From NCBI GenBank assembly GCA_965153455.1, contig OZ234494.1:7564001-7628000 (forward strand): a stretch of 64,000 nucleotides of DNA, read 5' to 3'. The notes under the pieces are model-generated. The model was not told the origin of the DNA. It ran no database searches and saw nothing but the letters and a program-made list of their open reading frames with translations. Each line of letters begins with the position of its first letter. The stretch's first letter is position 1. The DNA comes from Sphagnum compactum (lineage: Eukaryota). Both the position numbers and the translations under genes were made by a program. Shown piece by piece: positions 1-11,400 of the stretch.

Positions 1-500
1 GACTTGAGAAGAGTTGCCTGCAAATGGAGGAACCTGTCTGTCTGGATAAGGAGGAGCATCACGTTCTTTAGTATCCACCCACCGAATCAATGGGAATACC
101 ATTCTCCATGCCTCCAACAGTGCCACAAGCCTTGGCAGTTTTGCCACAAATCATTAAACATCGCTCAAACCATGGCGGTTTGCATTGACCTGCGCCGGAT
201 TCTCCATGCTCCTGTTTCAACTGATTAAATCTCTTCCGCATTATGTGTACTTTGGACTGAACTTGAGCCCAAGTGCGTGAGGGGTCAATAGAAATGCCTC
301 CTCAATCCTCAATAAAATTTCTTGCCACTGCTGCTGTGTCATGCTATTGGCAAGAAACTTCTCCTCAAACAAATCCATCAACAATCCATCAACAATGCTG
401 TAGAATCATCTTTCCAATCTCTCTTGGATTTGGGTGGAGCTGGAGGTGCTGTGTGAGGCACAATGAACAAGGGAAGTGAAGAGCTTGAACCCATCATCAT
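1..500 (-). pseudogene. Frameshifted Myb/SANT-like (trihelix / PIF-Harbinger ORF1-like) DNA-binding protein; runs off the window start
   Basis: Joining minus-strand frames gives KRDWKDDSTALLMDLFEEKFLANSMTQQQWQEILLRIEEAF/IDPSRTWAQVQSKVHIMRKRFNQLKQEHGESGAGQCKPPWFERCLMICG, which has the W...W...RT.AQ.QSK...MRKRF...PWF spacing of Myb/SANT trihelix domains. Breaks: an 11-nt tandem duplication (TCCATCAACAA x2, 374-395), a 1-nt deletion near 290 and a probable 4-nt duplication near 75-82. Confidence 0.75.
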
Positions 501-962
501 CTGGGACAAGAAACTTGGCTCTGAGACGGTTCCATGGTGAGAAAGACAGAAGAAAATGTGATTCAAAGAATTTTTTTGAGAAACACATTGCCTGTATTGT
601 GTGCAGTGAGCAAATGGCTATGGAATGCGGGCAGGTGAGCACGGGTGAGCACGACGGTGAACGGTGAAACTCGTGAGAGACACGGGCAGAGTGCTAAACG
701 GAGCGCCTCAGTTCGTGGGCAGGCCGGAAGGGGAGCTACAGTGCCAGGCAGACGTGCCAGGTGCGGCCGAGCAGAACGTGGGGATTTTCTGCCTGCCAGA
801 TTTTGTGGCTGATCGCGGGCAGATCTGCTTCTCGCGCGGCAGTCTGCTGCGCTGCTTCTTCATGTGCGCGACAGAGGGTCAGGATTCTCACACAGAAACA
901 ACAACCGATCTCCAATTTTTTCCAAAGGCCAGGAAGGAAGAGTAGGTGCTTCTTCATCAACC

Positions 963-3692
963 ATGTCGGCCTCCAAGGTTGCTGTTTTCTGGAACCATCC
1001 AGCAGGACCCAAAACCAGTGAGCCCCTTTTGTCGTCCATGGCTCTCTGTCCGTCAGTTCCTCGGCGTGGTGTTGCCCTAAGTTTCTGTGTTGTGCTGTGT
1101 TGTCTTGAATTCTATTGGAGGGTGTTTGATGCGTTTGGCTTGCGGTTTTGGCGAGAACCGCAGTTGCTTTGACTCTTTCTTCTACCCTCTTTCCTGGAAG
1201 CTGTAACCTAGTCTTTTACGGTTTGAGCCCCCTTTGTAAGATCGCGTGAGGAAAATCTAAGCAGAAAAGATGAAAAGATGTGATGAAAGGATGAAACACT
1301 TGGATCATATTTTTGACATTCTTAATGAAAGAAGATTGCTTTGGCAACAAGTGAGCCACCGGCATCGGTACACCCTACAGCTTCTCATATGAGCAAATGT
1401 GAAGCAGCTATGCTAGCTGGGAAGAGGGAAGAATCTTGCTGTATGTGCCACTCAAGTTGATACGGTCTTTTTGTGTGTTTGTTCAATCTTCTTTGGAATG
1501 GACCAAAAGAACCAAAACCCTGCACCTGTAGAATGGAGAGTAACTTGTGGAGAGGAACTTTTGATACTGTTGTATTACCAAAAGTTTGCTGTGACTAACT
1601 CTTCATGAAAGCAACTGGTTGCTTCTTCAATGTCAACTCGTATGAGCTTATTATCTTGTAATTTTTTTTAGGTTGAGAATGAGAGAGGGATGAGGTTGGG
1701 TTGCAACAAGGAATGGTGTTCATATGTTTTCTCTTTTCCTTTTCATTGTGATGTGCAGTTCATTTCTGGGCTCCAACTTTCAAGTGGGGAATTTCTATTG
1801 CCAATGTTGCTGACTTCTCCAAGCCACCTGACAAGATCTCATACCCTCAGCAAATTGGTATGTAAGATTTAACCCTCAAAAGTGTAGGGCTATTTCCATG
1901 GTTTTGAGGTTCCAGGAGTCCCTCAGAAACATTTGCACTTGCTAAATATAGTAGTAGACCACAAGATGTGCATTGAATGGTGAAGATTTGCAACTTTTGA
2001 TTTAGATTCCACATCAGTTCACTGTAGTTAGGGAAAGTGTTGTATTTTCTAGAAATCATGTTTATCCTTGTGCATTAACAAGCCTTGATAAGGGATTTGT
2101 AGGTTGCTCATCTTTCAGAAGTTGCACTCACACACCATTTTTCCTCCAAAAGTATGGCAACCTTGGAGGCACACTTTACTACAGGACAGCAGCAGATATT
2201 AGTGTGACATCAATTTTATCTGACGACTTCTCTAGTTGCTATGCTTCATTGACCATTCCTGTCTGAGGGCTGTTGGCAGTTTTGAGCAGTCAACATAGAC
2301 CTGGTTATAAACTTTAAAAAGCCCAGGGATGGGGACTTTTGTTGGATAAAGCAGGCTACTCCTGCACAGAAGATTATGTTCAGCTAAGAGGCTGACCCCA
2401 ATTTCTGTCTGTCTGGTGCACCTGAATCCACTGTTGTTTTGCACAATCATATCCAGATATTGAACACAAGGGCCTTATGAGTGGTTTACATTGTCCACAT
2501 GTGGCTTGTGAGATGAGGGAAGACTCACAGAATTATCTGGTGTCTTTGCATGTAACAGCTGTAACAGCTACAGGTCTCATCTGGTCTCGCTACAGCACAG
2601 TAATCACACCAGTATGTCAGCATCCACCTCTCTCCAATTGATTCTATAGATAGCCAGTTTCTTCTTGAGTTGAATGAAGCTGTGGTTGTTGCTGGTGCTT
2701 TAGATGTAGGGTACAGGTTCTCACAGCTTCATCCTGTGCCAATCAACTATCTGTTAGCTCTGATGTAGCCTCTCAAGCTCCAATGCTGCATCTACCATTG
2801 CACCAGGAATCAAGCCCGGTGCATCCTGGTTAAACACACTATCACAACTGTATAATGGAAAAGTACCCAACATGACTCTCTTACAAAAGAGTATCTGTCC
2901 CATGGTGGTTCTTTTCTTCTGAGTATGTGCTACAATAGTTGGTATATGCTCCATGATGTCAGCTGGTACCGTTTGTTTGTTTCTAGATTTCTTCTTTATG
3001 GAGAGTTGAATCCATTGAACCACTATGTGCAGAAAAATTGGAACCTATTTAGCGTGAATGTAGCAATGGCAGCAACAGGGCTCTATCAGCTCTCACGTAA
3101 AATCAGGTAGGACTCCTTACATGTTCTTTGTCTGGTTTCTCACAAAGAAAGCTTTCATATTCCATCCCCTCTGTAATCTCAAGCACTGTTCTCTTCACAT
3201 GCACTAAGCCCTGAAGCTTGCTCTAGATTGCTATGGGCAAGAGATGAACAACTATTCTTTACATTAAACATGGTATCTTGTCAAAATTCGGTTACTTCCC
3301 CTTGGGATCAGGGCAACAAAATTAGCATCATTCCTCACGGTTCATCTTGAAGGTTTCAAAGATGCTTGAAAAAAAGTCAAAATACTTTTCCTCAGTTCCA
3401 TAGTTTGCTGACCATGTGAAGAGAGTCATCTTGGGACTGTGAGTTTTGCATATTTTCTTAGCAAAACTCTGCAAAGTTCAATTTATTTTTTACAGCCACT
3501 TGGAGTTGTACTTGAACCTTTTTTTGCCTATGTGAAGATTTTGATGTTGTCTTCAGCTTTCTAAATTGTTTTGGTGTAAGTCCTCATAGGGCTATGAAGT
3601 GGTTGTGGAAGTTCTTAGGGCATGCAACTAATGAAGTTCTTGGTCAATGGTTTTGCAGCCAAGACTACTCTGGCACACTCAACAAGGTTTGA
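963..3692 (+). CDS. MPC2: Mitochondrial pyruvate carrier, MPC2-type, 104 aa, 5 exons
   Basis: Exons 963-1017, 1759-1857, 2559-2611, 3033-3106 and 3659-3692, all GT-AG with consistent phase. Spliced protein MSASKVAVFWNHPAGPKTIHFWAPTFKWGISIANVADFSKPPDKISYPQQIAVTATGLIWSRYSTVITPKNWNLFSVNVAMAATGLYQLSRKISQDYSGTLNKV carries the hallmark HPAGPKTIHFWAP and IWSRYS..ITPKNW motifs. Confidence 0.95.
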
Positions 3693-5105
3693 ATGGAAAT
3701 CACTAGATTGGCTTACACCATGTGTATGTTGTTGGTCCTGGTTCCAAAAGTCAGGCATAAGCTGCAAAAGAAAAAGTCACTAGTGCTCGACATTCTTGGG
3801 TATGCATATGTGAACGTCACCATGAATAATAAAATGTTGTCTTTATACTTTGGGATGGTGAAAACTATTTATTTCTCTTTGATCCTGCAGGTTGATGTGT
3901 AGATGGTGAATGTCATCCAGAATGTTCTGGCTTTTCAAGGTGTAAAGTATCATATCAGGCAAGTAGGAAGGTACTAAAAGTAGGAGTGTCCTTGTTACTC
4001 TCTGTTACAGTTCCTGTTGGTGCATTTGTGCTTTTGGGTGCTTTCTCTTTGTAGGATGATGGTCTTCTCTTTTTTAACCTCTATTTCCCCTTTGGGATGG
4101 GTGTTTGTTCTTTATTTAAGTTTGGCAGGGTTTCATGTGGACACATTATACAACAGATAACACATTTCCTGCCATATAGTGTATTTTACTGCACCATATG
4201 TTTCAAAAGCCTGGTCTAGTAGTTGCAACTAAGTACCTCCAAGACCAATCTGTGGTGTGTCTGCCATCAATTTTTCCTACAAGGTTTCATTTCTACACCT
4301 GGTTCTAATACTTGCAACTCATAGCAATGCACCTTTGGAACCAGAATGTGGTGTTAGTAATTTCACCATGAGACATCACATTGTCCAAAATTTGGTCATG
4401 ACATGTGCATACTGCTTGTGTTATTGAAGTTAATGGAATAATGAAAGCAGCAACTTGTTTCATACAGCTGGGACTGATGTCACCCATGATAACAACTTAA
4501 AATTGATATTGGAGACAACATACAGCAAGATTTTCTTCTAACCTGCATCAGTTTCTACCTAATTTCTTGTGCTCAACTACTTGAGACTATTTTGATTTGT
4601 GGATCACCTTCCTTGGACATCAGCCCATCTCCAAACATAGACGTGAAGATGGATCAACTGGAATATGCACCTACCTAGTAATCCAGTGGGCAGTTTACTA
4701 AGTTTCGTAGGACCATAAAAATTGAAGTGTACTGCTAGATGATTTCTAAGCTATGTAACTCACTGTACAACAAGTGTCGGTTCAAAGCATATCATCAAGC
4801 AAGTAAGGACATCTTGCTGTGATAGTTCCAGATTTCTCAGGATGCTTCAGGCCTGGATGAGTAGGCAACATCTCAAGCTGCTAACACCAGCTAAGAACTT
4901 TTCTTCTGGAGAGATCAACTTCAATGAAGAGAGTATCACTAACAAAATTTTGACATCACTACATACCTCCTTGCTTTGGGTGATCAAAGTCCCTCAAATC
5001 CTGCATGGATATTTGGGGCCTTCTTTATCAGATGGCATGAACTTCTTTTCAAACATTTCATGCGCATGACCTTTTTAATGTGCAAGCAGTAGAGATCTTT
5101 GATGC

Positions 5106-7103
5106 TCATCGGAAATAAGTGGCAGTGGAGGTGTAATCCTTCTTGGGCCCAGTGACAGAATATGAGATCTCCATCTGTGCAATGCTGTTGCCTGAGAAAG
5201 AAAATTGATAGGAAGCATTGTACAGGTCTTTCCCACAGAGGTGTTGACCTGCTGCCCTCCAACCCCCAGACATTTCAATTCCCCCTTTTTCTGTGGCAGA
5301 CGAAGGTTTGGGGGACAGGAATTGAAGAGAATGGAAAGGAGAACCCCTGCTCCCTTGATTTTCAAAAAAGACATCAATCTGGTTGGTGTGTGTGTCATAC
5401 ACATATACATACTTGCGATGTACTCGGAAGTGCTGGCCCTGCTGCATGGAAAGCTCCCCAACCTCAGTGTAGAGGTATTCATGGGACAAGTCAGTGACAG
5501 AGAAGGTTGCTGTCCCCTTAACCTCTCCAGAATTGGCAAAATCTATCCGGTTTTCAATACGTCGATGAAGAGTCCATGAACCAGCCAGTGAGCGGAACAC
5601 TGCATGAGGTACCATCTTACCATCTAAAAACTCCTTACATGCCTTCTCCAGAACTTCCACAGCTTCTTCTGCCACACTTCCTCTACGAAAGTGGGCAGGT
5701 ATAGATATATTGTGTTTCTGATTCCAATCCTTTGAGGGAAGTACATTCAGATCTGCAGCGAAGGTGTCTGCAAAACCTACATAGTCTCCATGTGGAAATT
5801 GGGGCCGTGGAGTTTGACTTTTGATCCATTTCTCAAAGGCAATTCCTTCTTGCTGGACAGACTCTGGTATGGGTGGTAAGTCCCCAGAAAAGATAGCAGC
5901 TGCCCACCTAGCTTGCAATTCCATAACACCAAAAAAGGTTCCCCGATACATCCCCACAAAAGCAGACCCAGGAAGTGAGGGATGGAAGGTGGAACGGTGC
6001 AGAAGGAATGGCACAAATCTGTCAGCAGGGTCAAAGGATAAAGTATCAAGCACATCAGATGAAAGGTAAGGCATGGAAGATTGGAAACCTGTGCAGAAGA
6101 TAATGCAATCAACTTCAGGAATGGTGGTCTGATCTTCCAGGATCACTGTCTGGCCCTGCACCTCTTGCACCTTTCCACGTCGAACCATGATGTGGTTTGA
6201 ACGGACAAGTTCCAGGTATGAATCAGAGATGGCAATAATGGGGGGATCAGTGTCCTGCTGCAAGTTAAGGGCCCCCTGATCACCACACAACTTACGAAAG
6301 TACTGATTTGCTTTTCGATTTTCCTCCTCATTAGGGAAGACCTCCTCACCCTGTGACTGGCGAGTAGAGTGGCGGTAAAGGACTAAGTCTAAAGGAAAGA
6401 AGGGTGTGGAGGCTGAATCAGGGTCGAGGGCAATATAACGTGGAAGAACCCAGAATGGGCGACTGACTATGTTTATCACTTCAGTAGCAAGTGGAGCAAG
6501 ATCCGCTGCCACCTCTGCTGAACTGAATGATGCACCAAGAATCACCACCCGTTTACCTCTAAATCTTTCTGGTGAGCGGTACTCGGAGCTGTGCAAGACT
6601 TCACCAGGAAAGCCATCAAGTCCTTGAATGCTAGGTGTGTAGGGAATGGAGAAGAATCCTGATGCAAACACTACAAAATCAAATATCTGAGATCCTGCTT
6701 TAGATCCCTGATACTTTTGCTCCAAAGATGACCATTGTACAAGCCACTTGTCATTGTTGCTTCTTGAGACATTTGTAACTTCTGACCCAAGACAGAAGTG
6801 AACAGGTTGGAGGAATTTGTTGGCATAAGCTTGAAGGTAGCCATATACATCATGCTGAGAAGGGAATATGGGAGAGTCAGAATCCCATGGGAAGTCAGAA
6901 AAGCAGCATGAATACCGTGAATCGTTGGTTCTTAAAGAGAACCAGCAGGAACTTGATTGAGGGTTCCATACCCCACCAAGATCAGGTCGCTTGTCAAAGA
7001 GAGTAGGGAAAAGACCAACCTCCAGCATGCTCTTGGCAGCCACAAGCCCTGCTGGACCTGCACCAATTATTGCTACCATCTTTCTACCTATCATAGCCTC
7101 CAT
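5106..7103 (-). CDS. Flavin-containing monooxygenase (class B, FMO-like) fused to a C-terminal DUF6314-like domain; intronless CDS, about 665 aa
   Basis: Single open frame. FAD motif IIGAGPAG, FMO fingerprint FPGEVLHSSEYR, second dinucleotide motif ILGASFSS, and IIFCTGF. The C-terminal ~165 aa (5109-5600) has LAGSWTLHRRI, YLYTEVG, HLCGKDLYNASYQF and VTGPKKDYTSTATYFR, typical of DUF6314. Start set at MEAM (7103) because the upstream ORF extension crosses a strong acceptor (ttttctctgcag ending 7192). Confidence 0.9.
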   Translation of the reverse strand: MEAMIGRKMVAIIGAGPAGLVAAKSMLEVGLFPTLFDKRPDLGGVWNPQSSSCWFSLRTNDSRYSCCFSDFPWDSDSPIFPSQHDVYGYLQAYANKFLQPVHFCLGSEVTNVSRSNNDKWLVQWSSLEQKYQGSKAGSQIFDFVVFASGFFSIPYTPSIQGLDGFPGEVLHSSEYRSPERFRGKRVVILGASFSSAEVAADLAPLATEVINIVSRPFWVLPRYIALDPDSASTPFFPLDLVLYRHSTRQSQGEEVFPNEEENRKANQYFRKLCGDQGALNLQQDTDPPIIAISDSYLELVRSNHIMVRRGKVQEVQGQTVILEDQTTIPEVDCIIFCTGFQSSMPYLSSDVLDTLSFDPADRFVPFLLHRSTFHPSLPGSAFVGMYRGTFFGVMELQARWAAAIFSGDLPPIPESVQQEGIAFEKWIKSQTPRPQFPHGDYVGFADTFAADLNVLPSKDWNQKHNISIPAHFRRGSVAEEAVEVLEKACKEFLDGKMVPHAVFRSLAGSWTLHRRIENRIDFANSGEVKGTATFSVTDLSHEYLYTEVGELSMQQGQHFRVHRKYVYVYDTHTNQIDVFFENQGSRGSPFHSLQFLSPKPSSATEKGGIEMSGGWRAAGQHLCGKDLYNASYQFSFSGNSIAQMEISYSVTGPKKDYTSTATYFR

Positions 7104-8159
7104 ATCACCATCTTGGTTCCAAGTTTGGCATGCTGACACGGGTCTTATCTGCTTGCATTCAACAGATGAGCGCAACAAAAATGGGAGTGTCCTGCAGAGA
7201 AAATGCACAAGGCAAGTCAATAATCTGAGACAAATGATCCCCATGAACATAACCAGCGGAATGGGGTATTTCCTGGTCATCATACATTTCACATGATGAG
7301 ATCTTAATGAAGTGCATCCAAAAGAGTCTAGGTTCAGTTACCCCTGAATTCTTCCACAAAGACTGATGCATGCCATTTATAAGCCTGCTTTGCCTTGCTT
7401 CCTTTCTCCCCTTCTTCTTCCTGCTCTCAGCCAACTAAGTGCCCAACTAACACTGATGATACAACAACAATGAAGAATTCCTCGATGATGCAGGGAAGTA
7501 CAGATGTCTGACATACAGATGTATGTTTGACACAGATGGCTTCAATAAATTCTGTCACAAAGCATGCTGAGTTAAAGTATATCACATGTCAAACCATACA
7601 TCAACAATGAATGTATACAACAACATATATCAGCCTGGATCCGCGTGAGACCTACTGATATATAGCTAGGTATACACGATTGAGCATCTCAGTTTTAGGA
7701 CTGCGGAAGAAGCTATTTTGACCATTGCTGCCAGATATCTTGGCTCTCAACTTCCCTAAGAAATGAAATGAGCACCACCTCAAATTTCAGAGGTGCTTGT
7801 TCACTCAAAGGAGAGCAGACATAAAACTGTTACCTGCCTAATGCAACAAACAATTGCGAAATACTCGACGCGGATAAACCCAAACGCTTGAAACCCTAGA
7901 TCGATGCCGCCAACACGCCCCGCCCCCACCCAACATAGAGATCACCATTTCAGTCACACACACAAGAAAACATTCCAACAGATCGGAGCATCCAATCATC
8001 AATTTATGGAATCCTATGGGAAGACGAAATTTGGCAACAACAGACCTTGATGGAAGCGTGGATCACTTGAAGAAATATTCAACAATCCCTCGTCATATTG
8101 TCTTCTTCTTCTTCTTTTTCTTCACAATTGTTGAAGAAGTCAAAAACCCATCACTCCAG

Positions 8160-8170
8160 TTTTTATATAC
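8160..8170 (-). promoter_or_regulatory. Putative TATA box of the FMO-DUF6314 gene
   Basis: Minus-strand GTATATAAAAA about 1.05 kb upstream of the FMO ATG, followed by a (GAA)n-rich leader-like tract and later splice-like signals. Confidence 0.4.
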
Positions 8171-8423
8171 CTCGTACAAGAACGAGCTCCTGGTGGATAT
8201 CACAAATATGTCAAAATCCAAGACGAAAAAATAACAAGGCATATACTCGAGTCTTTGATGACCAGGCTTGCATCCCACAACTTGCTATCTTTTCATTCCA
8301 TTTTGTATGTTACATTTATCACGTAAAAACGTAAAACCCAGCTTTTTCTAGTGGACACTTTACAAAGCGTACCAAGCCTTCCGGCATCCAGGTATCATGA
8401 GGAAAATAAATTTTAATAGACCC

Positions 8424-11400
8424 ATGGAGGGATGTCGTAGGCCATAAGCCAAATGTCTTTAGGCATTAAGCCACAAGTCTTAGGCCTTAAGTCAAATGTC
8501 CTGAGACCTAAACCAAATCTCATTGGCCATTCACAAAAAGTCCACTGTAACACCTTAAGCCAATTGTCTTAAGCCATTTGACACACCCTTTCTCACTTGT
8601 TCCACACGCCATGTCAAGCTTCTCTTGTGTCCCCTCCTTTAGTTCCCAATTACCTGCACACCCCACTACACATTTGGTTAGTCTCAAAGTCTTGACCCCT
8701 CAAGATGACTCAAACTCTCTACTTAGATTTGTCAGACTTTGCTATCAAAATTAAGTCCTAGTCTAACTCGGAGCCAGCCTTGGGCTCGACTCCCAAAGCT
8801 GACCCAAATAGGCCCTTAGAACCGGGTCAACTCCAAGTTGCCCCGGGCCTTCCTGTAACCAACTCCTGGAATCGGTCCAAAGAAGACTTCAACTCGGACA
8901 ATACCAAGTTGTTTCAGGGCTAACCCTCTTTTGGCAGCCTCAGAGCTTGAAACAGACATCTCTTAATCATCCCCATTGTTTTAATGGGCCAACCCAAGGA
9001 GACAACACTTAATTGTCCGTTGAAGGTTTTAACAGACAGTGCCTTGCATTATAATCCCAAGGACAACCCTTAGTCATCCTCTTGGCCAACGAGAGCTTGA
9101 GCTTCTGCTTTAGCCCATCTGGACCCCTAAGTCTGGATGTCACCCGACTCTTAGAGGAGTCGAACCTTATGGAATCATTTTTGGTTTAACACCCATATCA
9201 CCTTAGTGCCCCACTAAGGTGGTCTCATATGAGGCTCGTTGTCACTTAAGACATTTCTTAAGCAGAAAGGCATTCACCCCCACCTTCGGGAGGTTTACAT
9301 TTTCGTAGACACAAATAACATGTCAACCTTGTTATGGCAAGTTCACCTTTTTACCACCCTTATACTTCAAACCTTTTAGAAAGTAGCTAGTTCTCGATTT
9401 AGGTGTAATTTGTATTCCAAACATTTTCTAATAGATGCAGGAGGAATCTTAGACACCTTTCATGTCCATCTTTGTGATAGTTTCTTAAACCACATTAGTA
9501 CCTTTTAAATCCGCTTCTCTTAGCAAACGCCATTTCCCCTTGGGCACCTCAAAACATTTGAGGGTTAAGCTTCATGTCTAGGCTTGTTCTCTTGATGACC
9601 CTAGGCAACCATGAGAGGGTAAGACTATTAAACGTGTTAATAGATAGTGTCGACTTGGGCTTAGCCAAGCCGGGCTCCTTTTACCTTAGAAGGACTCCAT
9701 GCATTGAAAATTTCGTTCCCACAAGCTTATTAATAGTTCGGGGACATGTCATTTAATATGCGCACATGACTACCATAATCTCATAGATTATGCTTAATTG
9801 AGCCATTAGAATTTGTTTTTCAAGTTCAATTCTTTAAGTCTGTTTTTGTTGGCTATTGTCATCTCAACTCAATCTTCATATACTTCTTCTATGGTTCAAA
9901 TTTTTCGTACATCTTGACGACAAACCGACTATCACCTACCTTAGTTTTAGTTTAGATATAGGTTCATTTTTCTAGATTTCGCTTTCACCCCCCACTTTAG
10001 AAGGTTGGGTTTTACTTTGATGTGCTGGATTTTTCTTTATGCATTTTTTTGTTTCCCATATCACGACCCTGCTCCCATTTAAACTTTTCAACCATTTCCA
10101 ACAAGTGGTATAAGTGAGCGAACTTCACTCACTATGACTATTTCAGGTGACATCCTTTCCGCTTGATTAGGTATTGCTTGCTAATTTTTTAAATTTGTTT
10201 TGTGACTAAAATGCATTTTACTTCCTTAGTGTACTTATGGTCAATGAAGTTGAATCTTGGGTGATAGGCTTGTTTTCAATCCTTCCTTTTCTTGTCCTCA
10301 TCAATTGGTTTCAATTTGGACACGTGAAAAGTTGAATGGGCTACTAATCGAATGGGCTAGTTGATAATTGTAAAATATAGACATCCACGCAGGGTTTATG
10401 AATGACCTTATAAGGATTCACATACTTTGGAACAAACCCTTTGCCAAAGTTTTGAGTATTTTAAAATCCTTAATATTTAATCACATGTAACCACATTAAG
10501 TCCCTCAACTCGAACTTTATATGGCTTCATGATTTATTGGCTTGTTTATCATAATTCACCTTTTTCTAAGAGCTTAATGGCTTGTAACTTCTTCTCTTCA
10601 CGATCCTTGGCAATTTTTGTTACATACTTGCTACCTTCACGGTGAGATTCATTTTAGTGGCCGAGCGTTCTGTGGAATTGTAACAAAATTGCACCAATTC
10701 CAAATGGTCGTCCAATCCTTATGATCATTGACGATGAAATTACAGAGGTATTGATTCAATATCCTGTTGAAAGTTTTAAGGGGATAGTGCCTTGCATTAC
10801 AATCCCGAAGACAATCCTTAATCGTCCTTTTGGCCGGTGAAAGCTTGAGCTCCTTCCTTAGCCCATTTGGACCCCTAAGTCCAAATGTCACCTGACTTTT
10901 AGAAGAAGAATTGAATTTTGCAAAGCCATTTCTAGCTTAACACCCATATTGCCTTAGTGCCCCACTAGGGTGATTTCGATATGAGGCCCATTCCGCTTAA
11001 AACACTTCTTAAGCGGAAGGGCATGTCACCATTGTTTAGCCGCAAGAACCTGAAGCCAAATTCTTTTGGTAAAGACATTAAGCCAAAATTCCCTCGAGTG
11101 CATCAAACCAAATGTCTTATAAAAATGTTAAGTCAAAAGTCCCATGAGCACTGTAAACGAAAATGTTATGAACAGCCTTAGCAAAGAACCTTAGACCATA
11201 GGCCCAAAGCCCTATGAACATCCTAAGACAAATATCTTGCAAACATGGTTAGCCCAATGTCCTTGGAACCAATATGAAATAACCCTAGGTCATAAATTTC
11301 AAAAATGAGATAAAAGTCAATCTGGTTAGGCCTAGTGTTAGACCTTAAACCATGAAGTTTAATCCCCAGCCAAAGCACCCTTTGGCTTGGGAATTTTGGC

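Noticed and set aside
252-270. miR319-like TTGGACTGAA
   Set aside because: Only 10 nt match, no hairpin, and it lies within the Myb/SANT pseudogene.
2795-2830. tRNA-Gly-like 3' half on the minus strand (CCGGGCTTGATTCCTGGTGCA)
   Set aside because: No A-box, anticodon arm or acceptor-stem partner; at most a SINE relic.
7104-7292. N-terminal 63-aa extension of the 728-aa FMO ORF
   Set aside because: It crosses a strong 3' splice site at 7192 and has no recognisable motif, so it is likely intron/UTR. The Rossmann motif begins shortly after Met at 7103.
5075-7296. Overlapping and antisense ORFs (5075-5539, 5162-5497, 5205-5579, 5777-6112, 6991-7296)
   Set aside because: Shadows of the FMO CDS with no domain features.
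7293-7346. C/D-box snoRNA-like ATGATGA...CTGA
   Set aside because: Short, no terminal stem and no recognisable rRNA guide.
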